A stretch of DNA of 10,986 nucleotides from an uncultured archaeon (GTDB taxonomy: Archaea; Asgardarchaeota; Jordiarchaeia; Jordiarchaeales; Jordiarchaeaceae): assembly GCA_964510585.1 (NCBI GenBank), contig CAZECW010000110.1:1-10986 (forward strand). Direction: 5' to 3'. Within the stretch, counting starts at the first letter, position 1. Every line of letters starts with the position of its first letter. The notes under the pieces were generated by a model that was not told the origin of the DNA, ran no database searches, and saw only the letters and a program-made list of their open reading frames with translations. Shown here in pieces: positions 1 through 7,363 of this stretch. The position numbers were made by a program, and so were the translations under genes.

Positions 1-182
1 CTATGATAGATACCCTACTCTGGAACACAATAGCAGCAGACAGAGAAACACAAAAAACAATGGAGCAAAAATATGAACCCCCAACATTCAAAACAGCCAA
101 AGAACCCGAAAAATACGAAAAAAACATAGTCAAAATCGAAAAGAAGGAAACCCCAGGACCCCAAAAATGGCACCCAACCTAA
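1..182 (+). CDS. Hypothetical protein, C-terminal fragment running in from the left edge
   Basis: Frame 3 is open from the window edge to TAA at 180-182: ...MIDTLLWNTIAADRETQKTMEQKYEPPTFKTAKEPEKYEKNIVKIEKKETPGPQKWHPT*. It reads like a soluble protein. No family recognised; the local A/C skew could inflate open frames. Confidence 0.5.
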   Translation, partial: MIDTLLWNTIAADRETQKTMEQKYEPPTFKTAKEPEKYEKNIVKIEKKETPGPQKWHPT

Positions 183-344
183 CTCAACAAAGCAACCAAA
201 GCACCCTGAAAAATTTTTGAACCCCCTCTATTTTTAGGGCAACAGACGCTAAGAGAGACGCAAATGTTTACACAGCCAATACTAGGCAAAAATGGAAAAC
301 ATACATTCTTAGAGGTTAATACTTCTAACTTTTTATCGCTGCAG

Positions 345-962
345 TCACCTTATTCTATTCCACGAAATCCATTCGGGAATAATACTGACGAGCAAAAACA
401 CTAACCATAATAAGAGCCCCTCAAGCAGTTCAAAAATACCCGCAAAACACAACAATGTAAACAGGATCAAGGTCGAGGAGCCCACCACATAAAATATTAA
501 AAAGAAGTAGGGAGCGAATTTCTCTGCGCTAGTGCCACTTCTGACAATCTGCCCCAGTCTTTTCTTAGCCTCCCCAAAAGTCTGGTAACGATTAGAAGGC
601 ATGGTGAATAAAGGAGCCACCCAGAAACTTCCATCCCTAGCAAGCCGCACGAATATCCAGTAATAAGCACCAACAACTGCATAAACAATCCATAAGAACA
701 TCACAGGTACCAAATCAGGAACCAGCCCAAAAATATTAACAACCCGAACAGCATAATGCTACCCAATTCCACCCCAACAAAAAAATCTGAAACCACCAGA
801 AATAAAATCATATTCTCTGAATTCAAAAAAGATATATTTCAGAAATGTTGGAAAAACCGAACCACAGTAAACCAACCAAAAAAGAAACATCATCATAAAT
901 AATACCACAGTGAGCCACTTCCACGCCTTTTGTAAATCCGAATCCTCACTAGGAAGCAACAC
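345..962 (-). pseudogene. Interrupted multi-pass membrane protein gene (single in-frame TAG, or two compensating frameshifts)
   Basis: ORFs 759-962 and 345-713 share a frame and are separated only by TAG at 761-759; the 15 codons after it are open. GTG at 962 has an SD-like GAGGGA 8 nt upstream, and I see no clear SD before 713. Both parts are hydrophobic. An alternative frame (838-701, NISFLNSENMILFLVVSDFFVGVELGSIMLFGLLIFLGWFLIWYL*) also looks transmembrane. Confidence 0.5.
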
Positions 963-1248
963 AATCCATCTCCCTCAACCTCTCCACAACTTAAAAAAAC
1001 AAGCACACTACCATAAACATTTTCTACCACCGAACCAAAATTAAAAGGCAACAAACGGGTCAAAAAAGGGTGGAAAATTCCATAAAAGAATTAATTTCGA
1101 ATCCAAACATTTTGAATTCCCAGAAGAAGAGACTGAAATTGGATTAAGTGTGAAGCAAACAAGGACCAGCGGCAAATTGGAACTGCAAGTTTCCCCCCGA
1201 TTTTTCTTCAGTTAGCTAAAGACCAATCGGGTTTTTTGAGGTTAGATT

Positions 1249-1256
1249 TTTATATA
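1249..1256 (+). promoter_or_regulatory. Putative archaeal TATA box for iorAB
   Basis: TTTATATA about 40 nt upstream of the iorA start; matches the archaeal TTTAWATA consensus. Confidence 0.5.
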
Positions 1257-1296
1257 GAGTTAGATAACGTTTCAATGTAACGGCATTTACGTTTTC

Positions 1297-3264
1297 TTGG
1301 AGGTGCCAACAATTAAAGAACTAATAAGTAGGGAAAAAGGCAAAAAAGTTGTGATGCTTGGAAACGAAGCCATGGCTCGAGGCGCACTGGAAGCCGGAAT
1401 CGGATTCGCAAGCACCTATCCCGGAACACCAGCCAGCGAAGTAGGGGACAGCATAGCCCAAATAGCCGAACAAATACCAGGACTAACCTTCCAGTACTCA
1501 ACCAACGAGTACGTAGCTCTAGAAAACGCCATAGGAGCCAGCTGGAGCGGAGTACGAGCACTATGCGCCATGAAAATGGTTGGCATGAATGTTGCTGCCG
1601 ATCCTTTGTTTACTCTTGCGTATAGCGGTGTTACACCCACTGGCGGTCTCGTTATCATTAATGGTGGAGATCCAGCTGCATTGTCAAGTACTAATGAGCA
1701 GGATAATCGGTACTATGGTTTGCATGCCCGCATTCCTGTAGTGGAGCCAGCGAGTGTACAGGAGAGCAAGGACTTTGTCGTTGAGGCTTTCAATATCTCT
1801 GAGAAATTTGATGTACCTGTCATTGTAAATAGTACGGCGAGGGCTTGCCACGCTGTGGGTGTAGTGGAGCTTGGTGAACTCAGAGATCCCCCAAAGGAAG
1901 GCCGTTTTGTTAAAAACTGGCCCAAGTACTATAATACTTTGGTTCTTGCGGTTATGAATCATCAAAAACTGATTAACAATCAGAACAAGATGATAAATGA
2001 GTATGCTCCAGTAACCAAACTGAACACCATAATGCCCGGCGACTCTAAAACGGGAATCATAACTTCAGGTATGTCATACAATTACACTTTGGAGGCCTTG
2101 GACATTCTTGGGATATACGATGTTCCTATTCTGAAGCTTGGTTTAGTTTACCCTCTTTCACCAAAGCAAATCACGGATTTTGCCTCAAAACTGGAGCAGA
2201 TCATTATTATGGAGGAACTAGACCCCTTCCTGGAGGGGGAGGTGAAAAAGATAGCTTATGATCAGGGGCTGGAAATCCCCATAAAGGGTAAGGAGCTTTT
2301 CCCAGCAACAGGTGAACTGAACACTGATATTGCAGTGCAGGCTTATGCTAAGGTGTTCGGAAAAATTCCACCCGTAGACATGAACGAAGTAAACCTGAAG
2401 GTGCTGGGTGCTTCAGCCATACTGCCTATGAGAACTCCTACCATGTGTCCAGGCTGTCCCCATAGGGCAACTTATTATGCAATTAAGAAGGCCATCGAAG
2501 GAAAGAATTACGACATAGTTTGGGCTAACGACATTGGCTGCTACGCGACAGGAGCTCTACCGCCATTCCAGATGGGTGACTTCATGACCTGTATGTCTGC
2601 AGGTGAGAGCATCGCGGCAGGTATGAGTTATAAGGCGAAGAGTCAAAAGATGGTAGCTTTTATCGGCGACTCAACCTTTCTACACACTGGCATACCTGGT
2701 CTGCTAAACGCGGTGTGGAATGATGCAGACCTTCTCCTTGTAATAATGGACAACCGTTGGACTGCCATGACCGGACATCAACCCACCCCTGCAACCGGTA
2801 TTAATTGGTCAGGGAAACAAGCTAAGGCTGTGAACATTAGAGACATAGTGTCTGCGCTGGGTGTGGACTATGTTCGTGTTGCTGATCCCTTCAACGTTAA
2901 GAACACAATTGCCATATTTGAGGATGCACTGAAGAGAACCGGTGTGCGTGTAGTCATCTCCCAGCAGGAATGCCTTCTTGAAGCTAGGAGGCGCGACAGA
3001 GCCATCATAGAGGAAAAGAGAGAGAAGGGTATAAGGCAATATATCGACGTCAACGAGGATGCATGCATATTCTGCGAGGAGTGCATCAAAGAATTCGGCT
3101 GCCCAGCTTTGACCGTAACTGAGTTTGAGGGCGAAAAGGTTTCCCACATAGACCTGTCAAGATGCGTAGAGTGCATGGTGTGCAAACAGCTCTGCAAAGG
3201 CTGTGCAATAACTGTCACAAAAGTCTGGCCCGGAACAACCATTCTGGAGGAAGGTAAGAGGTGA
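1297..3264 (+). CDS. iorA: Indolepyruvate:ferredoxin oxidoreductase subunit alpha (IOR-type 2-oxoacid oxidoreductase)
   Basis: 655 aa. N-terminal GNEAMARGALEAG and YPGTPASE, then MCPGCPHR, DIGCY and the TPP-binding GDSTFLHTG...MDN motif. C-terminal 2x[4Fe-4S] domain (CIFCEEC...GCP, CVECMVCKQLC). Start uncertain (TTG 1297 or GTG 1303). Confidence 0.93.
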   Translation: MEVPTIKELISREKGKKVVMLGNEAMARGALEAGIGFASTYPGTPASEVGDSIAQIAEQIPGLTFQYSTNEYVALENAIGASWSGVRALCAMKMVGMNVAADPLFTLAYSGVTPTGGLVIINGGDPAALSSTNEQDNRYYGLHARIPVVEPASVQESKDFVVEAFNISEKFDVPVIVNSTARACHAVGVVELGELRDPPKEGRFVKNWPKYYNTLVLAVMNHQKLINNQNKMINEYAPVTKLNTIMPGDSKTGIITSGMSYNYTLEALDILGIYDVPILKLGLVYPLSPKQITDFASKLEQIIIMEELDPFLEGEVKKIAYDQGLEIPIKGKELFPATGELNTDIAVQAYAKVFGKIPPVDMNEVNLKVLGASAILPMRTPTMCPGCPHRATYYAIKKAIEGKNYDIVWANDIGCYATGALPPFQMGDFMTCMSAGESIAAGMSYKAKSQKMVAFIGDSTFLHTGIPGLLNAVWNDADLLLVIMDNRWTAMTGHQPTPATGINWSGKQAKAVNIRDIVSALGVDYVRVADPFNVKNTIAIFEDALKRTGVRVVISQQECLLEARRRDRAIIEEKREKGIRQYIDVNEDACIFCEECIKEFGCPALTVTEFEGEKVSHIDLSRCVECMVCKQLCKGCAITVTKVWPGTTILEEGKR

Positions 3265-3905
3265 AAAAGGTCAACGTCTACATTTGTGGGGTTGGCGGAC
3301 AGGGCACAATGACTTTGGGGCAGCTTTTGAAGGAGGCCGGTCTTGTTGATGGTTTGGTGGTCACTGGCACTGAGTCTCGTGGTGCTTCGCAGCGTGAGGG
3401 TGCGGTGGATAGCCATGTGAGGTTCGCTGTTTTGGAGAAGGGTGAGAAGTTTGATGAGCGTAAGAGCATTCATTCTCCCCTCATTCCTATCCGGCAGGCT
3501 CAACTGTATTTGAGTATGGAGATGGCTGAGACTCTGCGGAACATCAAGTACGTTGCAGAGGACGGCATAATCATCATGAATAATTACGAGATTTGGCCTC
3601 CTCAGGTTAGGACTGGTGAGATGCCCTACCCACCGCTGGATAAAGTTGTGGAGAACCTGAAACAATTCAGTAAAAATGTGTACGTGGTTAACGCAAATAA
3701 GCTGTCCGAGGAGAAGTACGGTGATTATTCGGGGGTTAACATGATTTTTCTGGGCATAGCTATGGCCACGGGTAAGATTCCCGTTAGGGTTGAGACTTTG
3801 GAGAAAGTTATCCGGGAGCGTATGTGGAATCCGGAGAAAAGCATTGAACAGTTCAGATTTGGCCTAGAGGAAGGAAAAAAGATTCTAGCAGCGGGACCAG
3901 CATAA
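3261..3905 (+). CDS. iorB: Indolepyruvate:ferredoxin oxidoreductase subunit beta
   Basis: 214 aa. GVGGQG, QREGAVDSHVRF, SPLIP and NMIFLG motifs of the POR-gamma/IorB family. The 4-nt GTGA overlap with the iorA stop suggests translational coupling. Confidence 0.9.
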   Translation: MKKVNVYICGVGGQGTMTLGQLLKEAGLVDGLVVTGTESRGASQREGAVDSHVRFAVLEKGEKFDERKSIHSPLIPIRQAQLYLSMEMAETLRNIKYVAEDGIIIMNNYEIWPPQVRTGEMPYPPLDKVVENLKQFSKNVYVVNANKLSEEKYGDYSGVNMIFLGIAMATGKIPVRVETLEKVIRERMWNPEKSIEQFRFGLEEGKKILAAGPA

Positions 3906-3919
3906 CCTACTCTTATAGG

Positions 3920-3966
3920 GTGGGCACTTTTTCCAATCCCACTTTTAAACATTTTTAATTTTTTAA
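3920..3966 (+). terminator. Possible iorAB terminator (weak hairpin plus oligo-T tracts)
   Basis: GTGGG...CCCAC 5-bp stem followed by several T4-T6 runs directly after the iorB stop; archaeal termination relies on oligo-T tracts. Confidence 0.35.
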
Positions 3967-4323
3967 TTATTGTCCTTTTAGGGGAAGAACCCAATTTTTG
4001 TTTAGTGTAAAATTCATTTTCCCAGATTTTTGGTGTAGCCTGGTTTGTAGATTATTTTTGGAAGACCTGCGGGGGCCATCATGTTTCCTTGCGTGTCGCG
4101 TATTTCGGCCGAGTGACTTTTGAAATTTTTCAGTCTTCGCGCATTATTCGTTTACTGGAATTTTTTCTCGTTTTTGTAGTGGATTAACTCAGATAATGAA
4201 AAAAAGATGAATCTGAATAAAATCTGGATAAATTGAGGAAATTTAAATATTCTCATGTGGTTAGTATTTTACAGGTGGTTCCAGTTATCTCAAGATTTAA
4301 TAAATGTTATAAGGGAAGTCACT

Positions 4324-4578
4324 ATGCGGGACAATGTTGACGAAGCTTTTTTGGGGGAATATTTTATTCATAGAATTTCTGAGTGTGTGGCTGGTGTTAA
4401 AAGGTTCGAGGAGAAGTACGGTATGTTATTTGAGGAGTATGAAGAGAGGGCTTGGTTTAGACATTAGTCTGTCACACGAACATGAAATGGATTATGCCAT
4501 GTGGGGGCAATGCTGGACGAATTGGAAGAGTTGGAAAAACGGTTAGGGCAACTAAAATGGAAATCAGAGAATTCATAG
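4324..4578 (+). pseudogene. Frameshifted small antitoxin-like gene (partner of the DUF6516/TumE-like gene)
   Basis: Manual reconstruction: MRDNVDEAFLGEYFIHRISECVAGVKRFEEKYGMLFEEYEER / GLGLDISLSHEHEMDYAMW / GAMLDELEELEKRLGQLKWKSENS*. It needs a +1 shift near 4447-4450 and a compensating -1 shift in the G5 run at 4503-4507. FEEKYGMxFEEY and DYxxW resemble small antitoxin-like proteins found beside DUF6516 genes (from recall, not searched). Confidence 0.6.
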
Positions 4579-4894
4579 ATAGCATACTGGGAACAGCGAG
4601 AAGTTTCCATGGATAAGGCGCGTAGAAGTCAACTCCACGATAGCCTACGCGTGAATCCGGCTCTGGCTCAACAGCTCTTACGTGGATGTATTTTATCGCA
4701 GAAAAACCCAAAATATCTCCTACTTCTACATCGAGAAGGGGAAAGAGTTTTTGGAGCAAACAATATGAAAATAGGTTGGCATCTTCACCCCTATGGGAAG
4801 CTGACAAACACCTGCTGATAAAACAGATAAGTTTTAAAAATTTATGAAAATTCTCGAAAAGGAACTTAGAAGCAGAGGTAAACTCAAAATATAA
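4557..4894 (+). pseudogene. Degraded DUF6516/TumE-like putative toxin gene
   Basis: Reconstruction: MEIREFIDSILGT / EKFPWIRRVEVNSTIAYA*IRLWLNSSYVDVFYRRKTQNISYFYIEKG / ERVFGANNMKIGWHLHPYGK / DKHLLIKQISFK / KFMKILEKELRSRGKLKI*. It needs four -1 shifts (near 4598, 4738-4741, near 4802, 4836-4840) and has TGA at 4652-4654. RVFGANN...WHLHP resembles the DUF6516 signature. The start overlaps the upstream gene. Confidence 0.6.
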
Positions 4895-4916
4895 AAAACA
4901 ATTTTCTCGAATGTTT

Positions 4917-4954
4917 TAGATGGTAACTAGAAACGTAGATGGTAACTAGAAACG
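4917..4954 (+). repeat. Perfect 19-bp tandem duplication
   Basis: TAGATGGTAACTAGAAACG twice (4917-4935, 4936-4954), followed by a degenerate TTGAT. Confidence 0.9.
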
Positions 4955-5097
4955 TTGATTCTTGAAATTGTGTATATAGCCAGTACAAACATGTTCTATT
5001 TTTTAAATTGTATTTCTCCCAGATAATTCTGGGGATGAACAAAAGTTTGTGATTGTCAAACTATATAAAAACTCCTTTGAACATCGGGAGCGCTTTT

Positions 5098-6336
5098 TTA
5101 TGTAAAACAGTATTTTGTCTCTTTGTATTGTTTTTTGAGTTGGATTACTTCTTCTTTTATTTTTTCGGGGTTTTCGTGCTTTATGACTATGCGGGTTATT
5201 AGGTTGGCGATGTGTTCCATTTCGCTTTCCTTCATTCCTATTCTGGTGCATTCTTGAACTCCGAGTCTGATGCCTGAGGGATTTTCTGTGTTTTCGTCTT
5301 TGTCCCAGGGTAGGAGGTTTTTGTTGCAGATTATGTTTGCTTTTTCCAGTGTTTCGGCTACTTTTCTTCCTCCTCCTTGGTTTCTTACATCTATTGCTAT
5401 TTGGTGGGATTCTGTGAAGCCCTTGTGTTCGCAGAGGACTTGGAAGCCTTTTTCGTGGAGGCTGCTGGCTAGTTTCTTGGAGTTTTTCTGCATTTGTTCT
5501 GCGTATTTTTCTCCAAACTCCATAGCTTCAATCAGGGTTACTGCTAAGGAGGGAAGTCGGTAAAGGTGGTGGTTTGAAACTACCCCAGGCAGGATTGCCT
5601 GAGCCACCCTCTTTGATATCTTCTCATTGTTGGTGTAAACTATGCCGCCTTGAGGACCAGGGAAGGTTTTGTGGCTGGATGTGGCGACCACATCGGCTCC
5701 TTCTGTTAGGGGATCTTGGAATCTTTTCCCGGCGATGAGGCCCAAAACGTGGGATGCGTCGTACAGGATTTTGGCGTCGTCTAATATTTCTTTGATTTCT
5801 TTTATGGGGTGGGGGAATAGGTATAGGCTTCCTCCTAGAACTACTAGTTTGATTTTTTCTCTCTTTGTTATGAGTCTTAATTTTTCCACATCTATGTTCA
5901 TTTCTTTGTGGTCAAATGGCATGTTTAGGGTTTTTAATCCTCTTACTCCTGCGGCTCCCAATGGGGAGTGGCTGATGTGTCCTCCGTCAGAGACTCGGAG
6001 GTTGGCTATTTGGTCTCCGGGTTGGGTTAGGGCGGAGAAAACGCATAGGTTGGCTACAGAGCCGGAGATGGGGCGGGGGTCAAAATATTTGCATCGGAAG
6101 AGTTTCTTGCCCAAATCTGTTACTAGGGTTTCTATTTCGTCGACGTATTTTGTTCCTTGATAGTATCTTTTGTAGGGTAGGCCTTCGGCGTATCGGTGCA
6201 TCATGTCTGAGTTGAAAACTTTGATGGCTAGTGGACTCATTATGTTCTCACTGGCTATCAGGTTTAGGCACTCTTCTCTCCTCCAAGTGTTGTGTTTCTC
6301 AACCAGCTCAAGGGTTCTTTGAAGTTCGGGCTTCAT
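5098..6336 (-). CDS. glyA: Serine hydroxymethyltransferase, archaeal type
   Basis: 412 aa. LNLIASEN, RYAEG...RYYQG, GGHISH, DASH, PLP-lysine motif TSSHKTFPGPQGG and SGIRLG. The GVRGL segment is typical of archaeal SHMTs. Confidence 0.96.
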   Translation of the reverse strand: MKPELQRTLELVEKHNTWRREECLNLIASENIMSPLAIKVFNSDMMHRYAEGLPYKRYYQGTKYVDEIETLVTDLGKKLFRCKYFDPRPISGSVANLCVFSALTQPGDQIANLRVSDGGHISHSPLGAAGVRGLKTLNMPFDHKEMNIDVEKLRLITKREKIKLVVLGGSLYLFPHPIKEIKEILDDAKILYDASHVLGLIAGKRFQDPLTEGADVVATSSHKTFPGPQGGIVYTNNEKISKRVAQAILPGVVSNHHLYRLPSLAVTLIEAMEFGEKYAEQMQKNSKKLASSLHEKGFQVLCEHKGFTESHQIAIDVRNQGGGRKVAETLEKANIICNKNLLPWDKDENTENPSGIRLGVQECTRIGMKESEMEHIANLITRIVIKHENPEKIKEEVIQLKKQYKETKYCFT

Positions 6337-6841
6337 ATTTTACTTCCCCAAATGAGAGAATGGAATGGTGAGATTAAAAGAGATGGAGGATTTAAAATTT
6401 ATCTCCTCTAACTTGCCAACATCCTGCCTTAAATATTATTCGTGTTTGTGCAACAGCAGATTTGTAGATTGCGGCAACAAAAAACTTACTGGAGGAAGAG
6501 AGTATAAGAGAGGTAATGTTCTGCCTTGTGCGAAGATTACTTGGCTTTGGGCACAGGATGGAAGAAGCCTATTGTTAATAGATTTAGAGGTGTCCCAAAA
6601 GTTTGTTAAAATCGAAAGAAGAATAAAAACTGATACTCGGATACTGATTATCGTTTTCATAATTGTATAACTAGAGCATTGCATGGCTGCTAGCATTGAG
6701 TATTGGGAGAGAATAATTGGGAATTTTAAGAGTTTTTCTAATCAATTTTTAGTCTGCTTCTTGAATAGTTTATTTGGAGTATGATTACTTCCCGGGACGA
6801 AATGTTGGGAAACGTTTTATTAAAAATGGTTTCTGGAAGTT

Positions 6842-6994
6842 TTAGTTGGTTACTTCTACCACTAGGTTCACGTTGTACGCGTTGAAGTGGCCGCAGTTTT
6901 TGCAAATGTATCCTCTTGTGTAGCATTCTTCACATTCACAACTTAAATTGTTGAATGCTCCACATTTTTCGCAGAACGCGTAGACTGTTTTCAA
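6842..6994 (-). CDS. 50-aa Cys-rich microprotein (putative zinc finger), absent from the ORF track
   Basis: TTG at 6994 to TAA at 6842: MKTVYAFCEKCGAFNNLSCECEECYTRGYICKNCGHFNAYNVNLVVEVTN. It has 7 Cys and 1 His, with two zinc-knuckle-like CxxCG motifs. SD-like AAGGCGG lies upstream. Confidence 0.75.
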   Translation of the reverse strand: MKTVYAFCEKCGAFNNLSCECEECYTRGYICKNCGHFNAYNVNLVVEVTN

Positions 6995-7014
6995 TCGCTA
7001 TCCGCCTTAAATTT

Positions 7015-7255
7015 TCGAATAGGGTGTGGGCTTATTTTGCCTCGTTATAATTGTATTAAGAGAATCGAATAGGGTATATAAAATTATCTTATATTTTTTA
7101 TTGATTTTTTAAGAAAACTCATAATAAAGCATAAACATTATTCAAAAATAAACAATATTTATAGGTCATTGAAGCTTCAAAAGAAAAACAATAAAACAAG
7201 CACAATTAGAAACAACTAAAAAGTGCAACGGGTCATTTCAGTTTGCGATCCGCAA
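7015..7255. promoter_or_regulatory. Divergent promoter region with repeat and palindrome motifs
   Basis: Direct repeat TCGAATAGGGT at 7015-7025 and 7065-7075, perfect palindrome TTGAAGCTTCAA at 7169-7180, and inverted repeat TTGCG-ATC-CGCAA at 7243-7255. The region is AT-rich and lies between the divergent microprotein and aminotransferase genes. Confidence 0.4.
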
Positions 7256-7363
7256 TCTAAATTAACTTTTGTGAGCCAATGAGCAAGAATTTAGAAAACG
7301 TTTTTGTATGTGTAGGAGCTAATGAGAGGATGATTAATTTTTTGGAGTTCCACTTAATCATAG

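Noticed and set aside
2868-3665. 265-aa minus-strand ORF, and other antisense ORFs over iorAB (1313-1561, 1416-1658, 1684-1965, 1713-1925, 2809-3147, 3278-3469, 3725-3994)
   Set aside because: Shadows of well-supported genes. The long one is in codon register with iorB, where the lack of A-ending codons removes antisense stops. No motifs.
4255-4818. Track ORFs 4255-4467, 4334-4546, 4609-4818 and 4472-4807 as independent genes
   Set aside because: The three + strand ORFs are partial frames of the frameshifted TA-like pair; 4472-4807 is their antisense shadow.
4917-4954. Tandem repeat read as a CRISPR array
   Set aside because: Two abutting 19-bp copies with no spacer, and no cas genes nearby.
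5003-6160. ORFs 5003-5251, 5270-5563 and 5669-6160
   Set aside because: They overlap intact glyA in other frames or on the other strand, and have low-complexity, skew-driven composition.
6738-6926. 62-aa minus-strand ORF in the track
   Set aside because: Wrong frame. The overlapping 6842-6994 frame has an SD and a coherent Cys motif.
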